Origin: an uncultured delta proteobacterium
GTDB lineage: Bacteria; Desulfobacterota; Desulfobacteria; Desulfobacterales; Desulfatirhabdiaceae
NCBI GenBank assembly: GCA_963789395.1
Contig: CAWBKP010000005.1
Location: 64,001 to 128,000 of the forward strand
Direction: 5' to 3'
DNA: 64,000 nt
The position numbers were made by a program, and so were the translations under genes. Each line of letters begins with the position of its first letter. The stretch's first letter is position 1. The notes below the pieces were generated by a model. That model saw nothing but the letters and a program-made list of their open reading frames with translations, ran no database searches and was not told where the DNA came from. Of this stretch, positions 22,935-33,979 are shown piece by piece.

Positions 22935-23800
22935 TTGAATCTCGTGAAACGCATCGGACTGGTCGTAAAAAACGATCATCTGGCCATTCAGAAGGCCGAC
23001 GAACTTGAAATCTGGCTGAAATCCAGGGATATCGATGTTTTCAGAAAAGAGAATGTTTTTCCCAAAGCACGCTGTTTCCGGCTCCCGATCATTCTCATGC
23101 CCCGAATGACCTGTTCTGTGTTCTGGTCCTGGGAGGTGACGGGACTTTCTTAAGCGCTGTCCGGTGGATAGGCGATGCCCCCATACCCATTTTAGGGGTA
23201 AAATTCGGCGAAGTCGGATTTCTGGCCGAAATCTCCGAAGACAATCTGTTTGAGGCGGTCAACGCAATTATTCATCAGGATTTTACAACCAGCCCCCGGA
23301 TGCGTCTTCGGGCCGATATCCTTCGAGAGGATCAACTCATTGCCTCTGAAACCGTTCTCAATGATATCGTCATCAACAAAGGCGCGCTGGCGCGCCTTGC
23401 CAGCATCAAAACCCTTCTGGACAACCATTATTTAACCACATACCGGGCGGATGGCCTCATTGTGGCCACCCCCACGGGCTCAACCGCATACTCCCTTGCG
23501 GCCGGCGGGCCTATCGTTCACCCCACGGTTCCCGGCATCATTCTGACACCCATCTGCCCGTTTACCCTGACCATCCGACCCCTGATAATTCCGGATTCGG
23601 TTGTCATTACCATTGTCCTTGAAAAAGAGGCTTCGGATGTTCTGGTCACATTTGACGGCCAGTCCGGCATTGAACTCCACAACAACGACACGATCAGGAT
23701 CCAGAAAAGCCCTTATCCGGTGCAGATGATCAAGCTCCCTGGTCAGCGTTATTTTGACCTGGTAAAAGCCAAGCTGAGATGGAGCGGCGGTCGCGTTTAG
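22935..23800 (+). CDS. nadK: NAD kinase (frameshifted)
   Basis: VLGGDGTFL (alternate frame), [38 protein letters not shown]. Confidence 0.93.
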
Positions 23801-23882
23801 GATATTGACTTCCCGCCATCCTTTGATTATAAATGACACAGATTCAATGGTCAAAACGTAACCTGATAAAATAGCAAACGAC

Positions 23883-24294
23883 ATGTTCAATCACTCAAAA
23901 CCTTCTGTCTCAGTAAATAAAAATCATCTTGCAGACATGGCGAATCTGATCTGCTCGATGATCTGTGTTTTTCTCTTTTCTGCCTGCGGTGCTATGAGTG
24001 CGTATCACCATGCAGCTCTTGATACCCCTTCCCGGCATGTGGACAACGGGATGAAATTTTTACAAATCAATAAAATTGATGCGGCTGTTCTCGGAATTTT
24101 CTCGCGCTACCGAACTGGATCCGGAATATGCGCCGGCTTACACGGGGCTGGGACTGGCTTATGGCAGAATGGGAGATTTTGTTAAAGGCTATGAATTCAT
24201 TGAATTGGCTGCTAAAAAAGCACGGGGATATGAACAGGAATCCGCTGTAAAAGATGCGCGGATACAACTGGACACCCTGAAAAAAAACCTCTGA
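23883..24294 (+). CDS. Small TPR-repeat lipoprotein (frameshifted)
   Basis: Lipobox-like LFSAC; TPR-like EFSRATELDPEYAPAYTGLGLAY. Confidence 0.65.
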
Positions 24295-24561
24295 CATTTC
24301 ATCTGTCTCCCGGGCAGTTATCTGGAGAAGTGGCATTCCGCATCTGCCCTGCCGTTCAACCCGCTCCAAGTGAGCATTTTTTGTTCAAATCGTTCACCGC
24401 GTAAAAGACCGGATCCGGACTAGCTCAATTCTGGTAATTACCCTTCAATTAACCGTTTCAAGCAATGTTTCCATTTTTCCTTGACTTGAAACGCCGTGTA
24501 ACTTAAATGATATACATTAATCAATAACCCCCCTGTTATTAACTTTATGGTGGAAATATCT

Positions 24562-25596
24562 ATGAGCTGGGACTGGGAAAAATTAAAAGAACAGCAGCAA
24601 AGCAAAAGCGGCCCCAATATGCCGCAATTGAATGAACTTGCCGACAAACTGAAAAATATCAAACTCCCTGGCGGTCCGATTGTGATTGTTCTGGCCGTAA
24701 TCCTGTTTCTGGGAGTTTCCATGTTTTACACCGTGGATGTCGATGAGGTGGGCGTGGTGCAGCGTTTTGGCAAATATGTGCGAACGACCCAGCCCGGCCT
24801 GAACTTCAAGCTGCCCACTGGAATTGAAAAAGTAACCAAGGTTAAAGTCCGCCGCATTTATAAAGAGGAATTCGGGTTCAGCACCAATCGTGAAGGAGAC
24901 CAGCGAAAGTTTTCTGCAAACACCGAGGATACCGGCGTTACGTTGATGCTTACCGGTGATTTGAACGTGGCGCTGGTTCCCTGGATTGTACAATACCGCA
25001 TTAAAGACCCCTATAATTTTTTGTTCAAGGTCAAGGATATCCGCCGGCTGCTGACGGATATGTCGGAAGCCGCCATGCGGCTGGTTGTCGGGGACCGCAG
25101 TGTTAACGAGGTGATCAGCAAGCGGGAAGAAATCGCGGTCGAAGCAAAAAACATTCTTCAAAACGAACTGGATAATGCCGAATCCGGCATTCAGATCGTC
25201 ACCATCGAAATGAAAAAAACCAATGTTCCGGACCCGGTTCAGCCTTCGTTTAACGAAGTCAACCAGGCGGTTCAGGAAAAAGAAAAAATGATCTATCAGG
25301 CCAAGGAAGACTACAACAAGGCCATACCGAATGCGCGCGGGGAGGCGGACCGGACCATCAAGGCCGCCGAGGGATTTGCCCTGGATCGCGTCAACCGCGC
25401 AAAAGGGGATGCCTCAAGATTTATCGCTCTTTATACTGAATACGATAAAGCCAGGGATGTCACCAAACGCCGGCTTTATTTGGAAATGATGAGCAGTATC
25501 TTCCCAAAAATCGGCGAAAAATATATCGTGGACTCGGATCAAAGCAATCTTCTTCCTTTTCTTAACCTCGGAAAAAACAGAGGGGCCTCAAAATGA
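24562..25596 (+). CDS. hflK: FtsH modulator HflK
   Basis: SPFH domain: GVVQRFGK, MLTGDLN, SFNEVNQA, YNKAIPNARGEA, RLYLE. Confidence 0.95.
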   Translation: MSWDWEKLKEQQQSKSGPNMPQLNELADKLKNIKLPGGPIVIVLAVILFLGVSMFYTVDVDEVGVVQRFGKYVRTTQPGLNFKLPTGIEKVTKVKVRRIYKEEFGFSTNREGDQRKFSANTEDTGVTLMLTGDLNVALVPWIVQYRIKDPYNFLFKVKDIRRLLTDMSEAAMRLVVGDRSVNEVISKREEIAVEAKNILQNELDNAESGIQIVTIEMKKTNVPDPVQPSFNEVNQAVQEKEKMIYQAKEDYNKAIPNARGEADRTIKAAEGFALDRVNRAKGDASRFIALYTEYDKARDVTKRRLYLEMMSSIFPKIGEKYIVDSDQSNLLPFLNLGKNRGASK

Positions 25597-26525
25597 ATTC
25601 CAAAGTTTTATTGGTCATTGTTGCCTGCATCGCCATTATGATGGCTTATACATCGGCCTACATCGTGAATGAAACCGAGCAGGTCGTGGTCACCCAGTTT
25701 GGCCGCGTGGTTGGCACCCCCAAGCTGGCTCCCGGGCTATATTTCAAGGTCCCGTTTATCCAGGAAGCAACGTATTTTCCCAAAAACCTTCTCATGTGGG
25801 AAGGCGATCCCGGTCAGATTCCCACACTGGATAAAACCTATATCTGGGTGGATGTTTTTGCCCGCTGGAAAATCGTGGACCCGATCAAATTCTTTCAGAC
25901 CGTCAACAATACGGTCAGCGCCCAGAGCCGGCTGGACGACATCATTGATCCGGCAACCCGCAACTTTATTACATCCTACAGGCTGATTGAAGCGGTCAGA
26001 CGGAGCAACCGGGAACTGGATACATTTGAAATCGGCCTGGAAGATATTCAAAAAGAACCGGCGGAGAAGATTACTGCAGGAAGGGATAAAATTACCCAGG
26101 GAATTCTGGAACAGGCCCAGCCCAAATTGACTCCTTTCGGCATCGAGTTGGTGGATGTCAAAATCAAACGCATCAACTACGTGGAACAGGTCCGGGAGTC
26201 CGTTTATGGCCGGATGATTGCGGAACGAAAGCAGATAGCGGAGAAGTTTCGGTCTGAAGGAAAGGGAGAGGCCGCCAGAATCATGGGTGAAAAGGAAAGG
26301 GATTTAAAACGGATCACTTCCGAAGCCTACCGGACCGCTCAGGAGATCAAAGGCAAGGCCGATGCCGAAGCTACAAGACTTTATGCCCAGGCATACGGCG
26401 TTGATCCGGAATTCTATTCGTTTACCAAATCCCTTGAGGTTTACAATGAAACGCTGGGTGAGAATAGTTCGGTTGTGCTTTCAACCAGTGCTGAATTCCT
26501 GAAATATCTGAAAGGATACAAATAA
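25593..26525 (+). CDS. hflC: FtsH modulator HflC
   Basis: VVTQFG, PGLYFKVPF, RMIAER, DPEFYSF; ATGA overlap with hflK. Confidence 0.95.
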   Translation: MNSKVLLVIVACIAIMMAYTSAYIVNETEQVVVTQFGRVVGTPKLAPGLYFKVPFIQEATYFPKNLLMWEGDPGQIPTLDKTYIWVDVFARWKIVDPIKFFQTVNNTVSAQSRLDDIIDPATRNFITSYRLIEAVRRSNRELDTFEIGLEDIQKEPAEKITAGRDKITQGILEQAQPKLTPFGIELVDVKIKRINYVEQVRESVYGRMIAERKQIAEKFRSEGKGEAARIMGEKERDLKRITSEAYRTAQEIKGKADAEATRLYAQAYGVDPEFYSFTKSLEVYNETLGENSSVVLSTSAEFLKYLKGYK

Positions 26526-26592
26526 AGCAGGTTACAGCAGCACCTGAATGCCCAAGTTAACGGATTGACCAGCATTGTCAAGCTGGAAAAAG

Positions 26593-26641
26593 AAAAGCAC
26601 TGACGCAACGACGGAAAAGCCGTTAAGCGAAAGTGCTTTTT
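26593..26641. terminator. Probable bidirectional terminator between convergent hflC and bS22
   Basis: AAAAGCACT...AGTGCTTTT arms enclosing an irregular inner stem. Confidence 0.5.
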
Positions 26642-26668
26642 CTTTGTACAGAAAAGATTCCAGGCATC

Positions 26669-26767
26669 TTATTTACCTTTCCTTCTCTGGTGGCGTGTAC
26701 GGGCCAAAAGCTTTTTATGTTTATGCTTTCTCATTTTTTTTCTTCTTTTTTTAATGACACTTCCCAA
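26669..26767 (-). CDS. Ribosomal protein bS22 (AURKAIP1/COX24/mS38-like), 32 aa
   Basis: GGAGGT RBS and TTG start; MGSVIKKRRKKMRKHKHKKLLARTRHQRRKGK. Absent from the ORF track. Confidence 0.92.
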   Translation of the reverse strand: MGSVIKKRRKKMRKHKHKKLLARTRHQRRKGK

Positions 26768-27061
26768 CCGATCACCTCCCTTCATGAATCTTCAATTGTC
26801 CTATTTCTCACAACTCCAACAAAATTTCAACCCTTTTATCTGATACCAGATGAATCTTTAATGAACGCAGCCGTCAGGATTCAATCCGCCGGTTCCAGAC
26901 CATCTGGAGTCCATTTACCCTTGTAATTCAGGGTAAATATATTGACACCGATAAGTGCTTATGATAGCGATTCCCCATAATGGATCATCAGCAGGATGTC
27001 CCGGCATTTTTTATTCTTCAGATTATTTTGGGTTTTATCTGATTCAAACAAAGGAGCTTCC

Positions 27062-27784
27062 ATGACACACCCCACACCCCCTTTATCCGGTGAAAATACT
27101 CCTCCTGGATGACGAAGATGTCATTCTTCTCACAGATGAAATACCTCCCGCAGAAAGCCATGACATGACTGAAATCTGCCAGCTCTGATGACCGTTCCGA
27201 GTCTCAGGAAGTGTTGAAGTTATCTGAGACGCCGAAATGAAAAGCCTGCCATTATGGATCTTACCGATGTCATTGAAGCCGTCGGATATTCAAGACGGAA
27301 CTCCCACCGGACTTTTCCGTATCAGAAGCGGATATTCTTAATTTCGATCTGGAAGAAATTCCTCCACGCGCACCGGAATGAATTTTCCGGCTTACACGGG
27401 AGATTGCCTCGATCGAAGAAACCATCACGCCGACTGATAATCTTCACCAGGCTGTTGGTGAAGCAAACAAAGTCCCTGCATCAGATGATCTTCAGCGTTC
27501 AATTGATGAGGTGGTTCACGATTCCCAGGTCCCCCTCAGGATTTTTCCGGCTTTTCTCCTGAAATCAGCGAACCCAGGGAATTCTCTGTACGAATAAAGA
27601 CGATTTATCTTTCCTGTCCCAGGATCGGATCGATGCTGCCATGGAACGGGTGATTCGAAGCCTTTTTGCAGAAAAAATTGAACAAATTCTGGATGAAGTC
27701 ATCACCGCGACGGTTAACCGGGAAATCGAGAATCTAAAAACCATGTCTGATGGATTATCTGACATCCGGCAAGACCGATCATAA
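27062..27784 (+). CDS. Acidic, Pro-rich protein with a C-terminal amphipathic helix (PopZ/RomR-C-like), several frameshifts
   Basis: AAGGAG RBS; fragments DDEDVILLTDEIPP, IMDLTDVIE, ILNFDLEEIPP and QDRIDAAMERVIRSLFAEKIEQILDEVITATVNREIENLK. Confidence 0.65.
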
Positions 27785-27935
27785 AATCAAGTCTTGAACT
27801 GAAAATTATTGCTGGATATGGTTCTGAAATTGGGGATTAGGCTAAGAATCCCCTTTTCGATTTTATGGATGTCCAACCCAACCGGAGGATGTTCATGACA
27901 ATACTGGCCAATGCGCTGAGGAGTAAGTAACGCTT

Positions 27936-30596
27936 ATGGATCAACCCGATAAAGGATACGAACCCCAGAATGTCGAAAAACGCTGGTATGCTTTCTGGGA
28001 AGAACACCAACTGTTTGCTGCAAATGAAAGCGACTCTCGCCCCGGTTATTCGATTGTCATTCCCCCTCCCAATGTCACGGGCGTCCTTCACATGGGACAT
28101 GCGCTGAATGTGACGCTTCAGGACATTCTATGCCGGTATCACCGATTGAAAGGCCACAATGTTCTCTGGATGCCCGGCACGGACCATGCCGGCATTGCCA
28201 CGCAAAATGTGGTGGAAAAAAAGCTGGCAACCGAAGGACGAAGCCGCCATCAACTGGGTCGGGAGCAGTTTATTGATGCGGTATGGGAATGGCGGAAAGA
28301 ATCCGGCAGCGCCATCATCCATCAACTCAAGCGACTTGGCGCATCCTGCGACTGGAAACGGGAGCGTTTTACGATGGATGAAGGACTGTCTCTGGCTGTC
28401 AGAAAGGTGTTTGTTCAGCTTTATCACGAAGGCCTGATTTATCAGGGCGACTACATCATCAACTGGTGCCATCGCTGCCATACCGCGCTGTCTGACCTCG
28501 AAGTCGAGCATGAAGAGATTTCCGGCAATCTTTATCATATCCGTTACCCCTTCTCCAATGATTCCGGCGGCATTGTGATTGCCACCACCCGGCCGGAAAC
28601 CCTTTTCGGAGATACGGCCGTGGCGGTTCATCCGGAAGATGAACGATATCAGAATCTGCCTTCCGACACGGTCCTGCTGCCGCTGACCGACCGCCGCATT
28701 CCCATTATTCGGGACGCCTATGTGGGAATGTCCTTTGGAACCGGCGCATTGAAAGTGACGCCGGCCCATGATCCGAATGACTTTGAAATCGGAAACCGCC
28801 ACAACCTTTCCCGGCCCAAAGTCATTGACGATAACGGCCTGATGACGGACGGCGCCGGCAGGTTCGAAGGAATGGATCGATTCAAATGCCGGGAAGCCGT
28901 TGTTCAGGCGCTTCAGGACCAGGGACTGCTGGTCGGAATTGAGCCTTATCCGCACAACGTCGGCCACTGCTATCGGTGTAAAACCGTTGTCGAACCCAAT
29001 TTATCCAGACAGTGGTTTGTTACAGGCCAAACCCCTGGCTGAAAAAGCCATCGCCGCGGTTCAAAATGGCCAGACCCGAATCATCCCCGAGGTCTGGGCC
29101 GCCAATTATTACGACTGGCTGAACAATATCCGGGACTGGTGCATTTCCAGGCAGATCTGGTGGGGACACCAGATTCCGGCATGGACCTGCGAGGCCTGCG
29201 GAAAGATGACCGTATCCCTGACGCCGCCCGAGCACCTGCGATGTCTGCGGCCATTCGGCGCTGATTCAGGAAACCGACGTTCTGGATACCTGGTTCAGTT
29301 CCGCGCTGTGGCCGTTTTCCACGATGGGATGGCCGGAAAACAGCCCGTTGTTGAAAACATTTTATCCCACTTCCGTTCTGGTAACCGGTTTTGATATTCT
29401 TTTTTTCTGGGTTGCCCGAATGATGATGATGGGAATCCATTTCATGGACGATGTTCCCTTTAAGGACGTGTATGTCCATGCCCTGGTTCGGGATGAAGCC
29501 GGCAAGAAAATGAGCAAGTCCAAAGGCAACGTGATTGATCCGCTCATCGTCATGGATCAGTACGGCACGGACGCCTTTCGCTTTACCCTGGCCGCATTTG
29601 CCGCCCAGGGCAGGGACATCAAGATGTCTGAAAAGCGGGTTGAGGGATACCGCCATTTCATCAACAAGCTCTGGAATGCGTCCCGCTTTGCCTTGATGCA
29701 CGTCAACTCGGATTCAACGACCATCTGACGCCCGGAACATTATCTCTTCCCAATCAATGGATTTTATCCCGGTCCGAAAGCGTGGCCCGATCTGCCGCAG
29801 AGGCGATTGAAGCCTATCGTTTCAATGATGCGGCCGGTCTTCTCTACCATTTTGTCTGGCATGAACTCTGCGACTGGTATCTTGAAACCGTCAAGCCGGC
29901 CTTATACGGAAAAGAAGGGGAGCCGATCCTGAAGCAGACGCGGGCGGTGCTGTGGCAGGTTCTGAAAAACACCCTGATCTGTCTTCACCCGTTTATCCCT
30001 TTTGTAACGGAAGAAATCTGGCATATGCTGCCCGGAACTGAGGGCTCCATCATGAATGCAAGGCTTCCCCAGGACAGCGATCCCGGACTTTGGCCGGTTT
30101 GTGAATCCCGAAGCCGAACAGCAAATGGCCATCATTATCAGCATCATTACCGGCGTCAGAAATATTCGCGGCGAGATGAATCTTGCGCCGTCCTTAAAAC
30201 TGAATGCCCTGATTCAAACCGATCATGCTCAAATCACGGACACGATTCACCGGCATGGAGATATCATCACCCATCTGGCAAGGCTGGAAAAACTTTCGGT
30301 TGACCTGCCGGGAGAAAGGCCCAAGGCTGCGGCAACCGCCATTGTCGAGGGCGCCATCATTTATGTTCCCCTGGAAGGGATCCTGGATCTTTCCAAAGAA
30401 ATCCAGCGCCTGGAAAAGGAAATCGAAAAGCTGAACAACGAGTTGACCGGCGTTTCCAAAAAACTGAATAATGAGGATTTTCTGGGCAAAGCACCTGCGG
30501 ATATCATTGAAAAAGTCAAGGAAAAGCACGCGGCCCTGTCTGATAAACAGCTGCATCTTCAAAATCAACCTGGATAAAATCAAGGCGGTCATATGA
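27936..30596 (+). CDS. valS: Valine--tRNA ligase (frameshifted)
   Basis: [37 protein letters not shown] and the C-terminal coiled coil. Confidence 0.97.
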
Positions 30597-31419
30597 CACC
30601 GTTCCTTGCCCAATTAATCGACATGGCGCTTGCCGAAGATATCGGCACCGGCGACATCACCACCGATTATCTGGTTTCCTGCAACAGCCAGGGACGCGGC
30701 ATCATTGTCGCCAAAGAAGACCTGGTTCTTGCCGGACTGGATATCGCAAAAACGGTTTTCCAGCGGCTTGATCCAGAGGTTCGCGTTCAATCCGCCTATG
30801 AAGACGGGGCGGAAATCGTCTGCGGGGAAACGGTGCTGTTTTGGAAGGCAGCCTCAGGGCGCTTCTGACCGCGGAGCGGCCTGCCCTTAATTTTTTACAG
30901 CACCTGTCCGGCATTGCCACCCACGTGCGCACTTATGTAAACGCCCTTAAGCATCGCCGGGTTCGGCTGGTGGATACCCGAAAAACAACACCGGGATGGC
31001 GGGTTCTTGAAAAATATGCGGTGCGTATGGGCGGAGCGCATAACCACAGGATGGGGCTTTTTGACGGCATTCTGATCAAGGACAATCACATCGCGGCCTG
31101 CGGCGGAATTCAGCAGGCTGTCGCTGCAGCCAGAAAACAGATTTCGCATCTTATCAAGATTGAAGTTGAGGTCTCGGACCTTGCCGGCGTCCATGAGGCC
31201 CTTGAATCCGGGGTGGACATCATTATGCTTGACAATATGGACATCCCCCATATTCGGGAGGCGGTTTCCGTCATTCAGAACCGGGCCATCGTTGAAGTCT
31301 CCGGAGGCGTCACCCTGAAGCATTTAACCGATCTTGCGGAAACCGGCGTTGATTTGATTTCGGTCGGCGCGCTGACGCATTCGGCAAGAGCCGTGGATCT
31401 CAGCATGAGAATTCAATAA
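30593..31419 (+). CDS. nadC: Quinolinate phosphoribosyltransferase (frameshifted)
   Basis: AEDIGTGDITT, DTRKTTPG, HRMGLFD, IKDNH, EVE, MLDN, SVGALTHS. Confidence 0.95.
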
Positions 31420-31507
31420 TCAGACAATGGGTGATAGGTCGCAAAAGCCTGTGGAAATCCATGATGGCCTCTGGATCCATCACCCATGGCCCATTTGCCC
31501 CTAACAA

Positions 31508-32480
31508 ATGATCCCTATTCGCGACACCCTTTCTTCAAAGAATTACCCGGTGGTCAACACCGCCATTATCGGGGTGAATGTACTGGTTTACCTGATCCAG
31601 ATGGCCCATGGGAGGACAGGAAGACCGATTCATATACATTTACGGCCTGGTGCCTGCCCGATATTCCTGCCCCATGTCGCTTCCTACTTCAGCTTCGAGC
31701 AGCAGCTTTTTTCCCTCGTTTCCTTTATGTTTCTCCACGGCGGTTTCTGGCATCTTCTGGGAAATATGTGGTCCCTGTATATATTTGGCGACAATATCGA
31801 AGATCGCATGGGCTCTTTCCGGTACCTGCTGTTTTATCTGCTCTGCGGATTGATATCCGGCCTGTCCCATTTGCTGCTGAATCCCGATTCCAATGTTCCC
31901 ACCATCGGCGCCAGCGGCGCCATTGCCGGTGTCATGGGCGCTTATTTTCTGCTGTTTCCCAAATCCCGAATCCTGACCCTGATTCCCATCCTGTTTATCC
32001 CTTTTTTTATTGAAATTCCGGCTTATTTTTTTCTGGGAATCTGGTTTCTACTGCAGTTTCTGAGCGCCGCAGGCAGCCATGGCAGCGCCGGCGGCATTGC
32101 CTGGTGGGCGCATATCGGCGGGTTCATTTCCGGAATGATCCTACTGAAACTCTTCCACACGCTTCCGGATACCGGCATCACGCAACAGCTACGGCGTATA
32201 ACCGAAAAAAGGAAAACCCCAAAACTTCAGGTTATCCACACGTCAGGGGCCGGCAGTGATCCGAATCTCTACGGTACAATTCAGATCTCTCCATGGGAGG
32301 CTTTTTCCGGCGCCACCAAGCTGGTCAACATTCCCTGGGGATTTTATAACCGGACGATTCGCGTACAGGTGCCGCCGCAATTTAAAACAGGGATCCATCA
32401 TACGGCTCAAGGGAATGGGACGCCAGATGCCGGAAGGACTGAAAGGGGACCTGATGCTTAAAGTGACCATCCAGTCATGA
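31508..32480 (+). CDS. Rhomboid intramembrane serine protease with a DnaJ-C-terminal-like domain
   Basis: MIPIRD, MFLHGG..HLLGNM, GASGAIAG, AHIGGF; tail ISPWEAFSG...VPP...IRLKGMG...GDLMLKV. Confidence 0.85.
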
Positions 32481-32537
32481 TGGGCTTGCAAAATCGCAAA
32501 TAAGCCATAAACACACCCTGCCAAATATTCATTAACG

Positions 32538-33461
32538 TCAGGCTGATGTTTTTTTAAGGACGAGTTCATATGATTTTACCCGCATCACCGGATAATAGGA
32601 CCGTTTGGCCTTGGCAAGTCCCGGAACATTCATGTCACTTTCCTTGTTAATGAAAACATAGCTGTTAAACAGAAGCCGGGCGCACTGATTGTCAAAATAC
32701 TGATACAGGCCTTTTATCCTTGAGAATGCTTTTTCAAAATGCAACACGCCCATGGCGGCTGTCAGATAGGAGCCGATACCAAAGGCGCTGACCTTTCCAT
32801 CGATCCACAGCAATAACCCCTGAGATGAAAAAATATCCAGATTTTCGATGGTGTTTAAGGCGGCCTGGCGTTCACAGGCCAGGTCTTCCTGCTGATTGGC
32901 ATCGCAGTTGCGCTCTTCACACCATTCATTGAGGAACTGGATACATTCCGGGGCCAGATCCTGAGTTAAGGGCGCCATGCGAACCCGGCCCTTTTCAAGA
33001 TATTCCTTGGTGAACTGGCTGATAAGGTTCCGTTTCTTGGAATACTTGTTGCCTTTCAACTCCGCCAGATCCGATGTCCGGTATACATAGTCATCATATT
33101 CCTCCTGTTCCCGGACCGTAAACAAGGCTTCAACACGCTTGATTTCATACTGCTGAAGATAATCCTCGGTAACAAACCAGTAGGATTTATACCCCAGTTT
33201 CCGGCCAAGTGCATGAAGGGCTTCCGGCGAATATTGTCTGTGAGGAGATATGGGCAGAATCAGGTGACGTTTTTCCTTATGGCGGTTAAATTCCGCGGCT
33301 ACAATCAGTGCATCGCCATCAATGGCACCAACAGGCTGATATTCGTCATTGCTCCAGGAAAGAAGGGACGGCAGGGAATAGACACAGAGGCGATGTTGCT
33401 GGTTTTCAAAAAAAGGCTTCAGCACAGGATAATCTACGGGTGTCAGTGGCAATAAATTCAT
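32538..33461 (-). CDS. Stand-alone DUF2156 (aminoacyl-tRNA-dependent transferase domain) protein
   Basis: DYVY, LKGNKYSKKRN, HFEKA, GLYQ, INKESDMNVPGLAKAKRSYYP; no hydrophobic transmembrane segments. Confidence 0.85.
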   Translation of the reverse strand: MNLLPLTPVDYPVLKPFFENQQHRLCVYSLPSLLSWSNDEYQPVGAIDGDALIVAAEFNRHKEKRHLILPISPHRQYSPEALHALGRKLGYKSYWFVTEDYLQQYEIKRVEALFTVREQEEYDDYVYRTSDLAELKGNKYSKKRNLISQFTKEYLEKGRVRMAPLTQDLAPECIQFLNEWCEERNCDANQQEDLACERQAALNTIENLDIFSSQGLLLWIDGKVSAFGIGSYLTAAMGVLHFEKAFSRIKGLYQYFDNQCARLLFNSYVFINKESDMNVPGLAKAKRSYYPVMRVKSYELVLKKTSA

Positions 33462-33973
33462 GAATCAGACGTTTTTACAGTCGGCTTCACTGCCGGCTGT
33501 CCCTTGCCAATGCTTTCAGTATTTCTCAGCATGGGCATGGCGCCCGGAATTTCAGAAAATCCCAGACCGCTGTAAAATGGTTGGGTGCCTTGTTTGGCGA
33601 CAAGACCGATCCAGGTCATGCCGTCCTGCTCCAGACGCGCCACGATGGCTTTCATGATACTGGAGGCAATTGCCTGTCTTCGCACCTCCGGCCTGACCAT
33701 GATGTCCTGAATATAGGCGTCGCTTGCCCTGTCGCTGATGGCCCGCCCCATCCCCAGGATCTCCCCCCCCGAGACCTCCCCGTGCTCCTGAATCGCAGCT
33801 ACAAAGCAGTGGCTGCCGGAAATGATCCGGACAAGCTTCTCGATGGTATCTCCGGGCTCCGACCACCAGCCCGCCAGTTGATACAGATCCCGGATCTGAA
33901 CGAGATATTCGGCTTGTCGGCAAGAAGACAAACTGCTCCAGCACTCATTTAAACATGTAAGGGTATACGACAT
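33458..33973 (-). CDS. GNAT-family N-acetyltransferase
   Basis: GMGRAISD, AYIQDIMVRPEVRRQAIAS, FYSGLGF. Confidence 0.85.
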   Translation of the reverse strand: MSYTLTCLNECWSSLSSCRQAEYLVQIRDLYQLAGWWSEPGDTIEKLVRIISGSHCFVAAIQEHGEVSGGEILGMGRAISDRASDAYIQDIMVRPEVRRQAIASSIMKAIVARLEQDGMTWIGLVAKQGTQPFYSGLGFSEIPGAMPMLRNTESIGKGQPAVKPTVKTSDS

Positions 33974-33979
33974 TGATCA

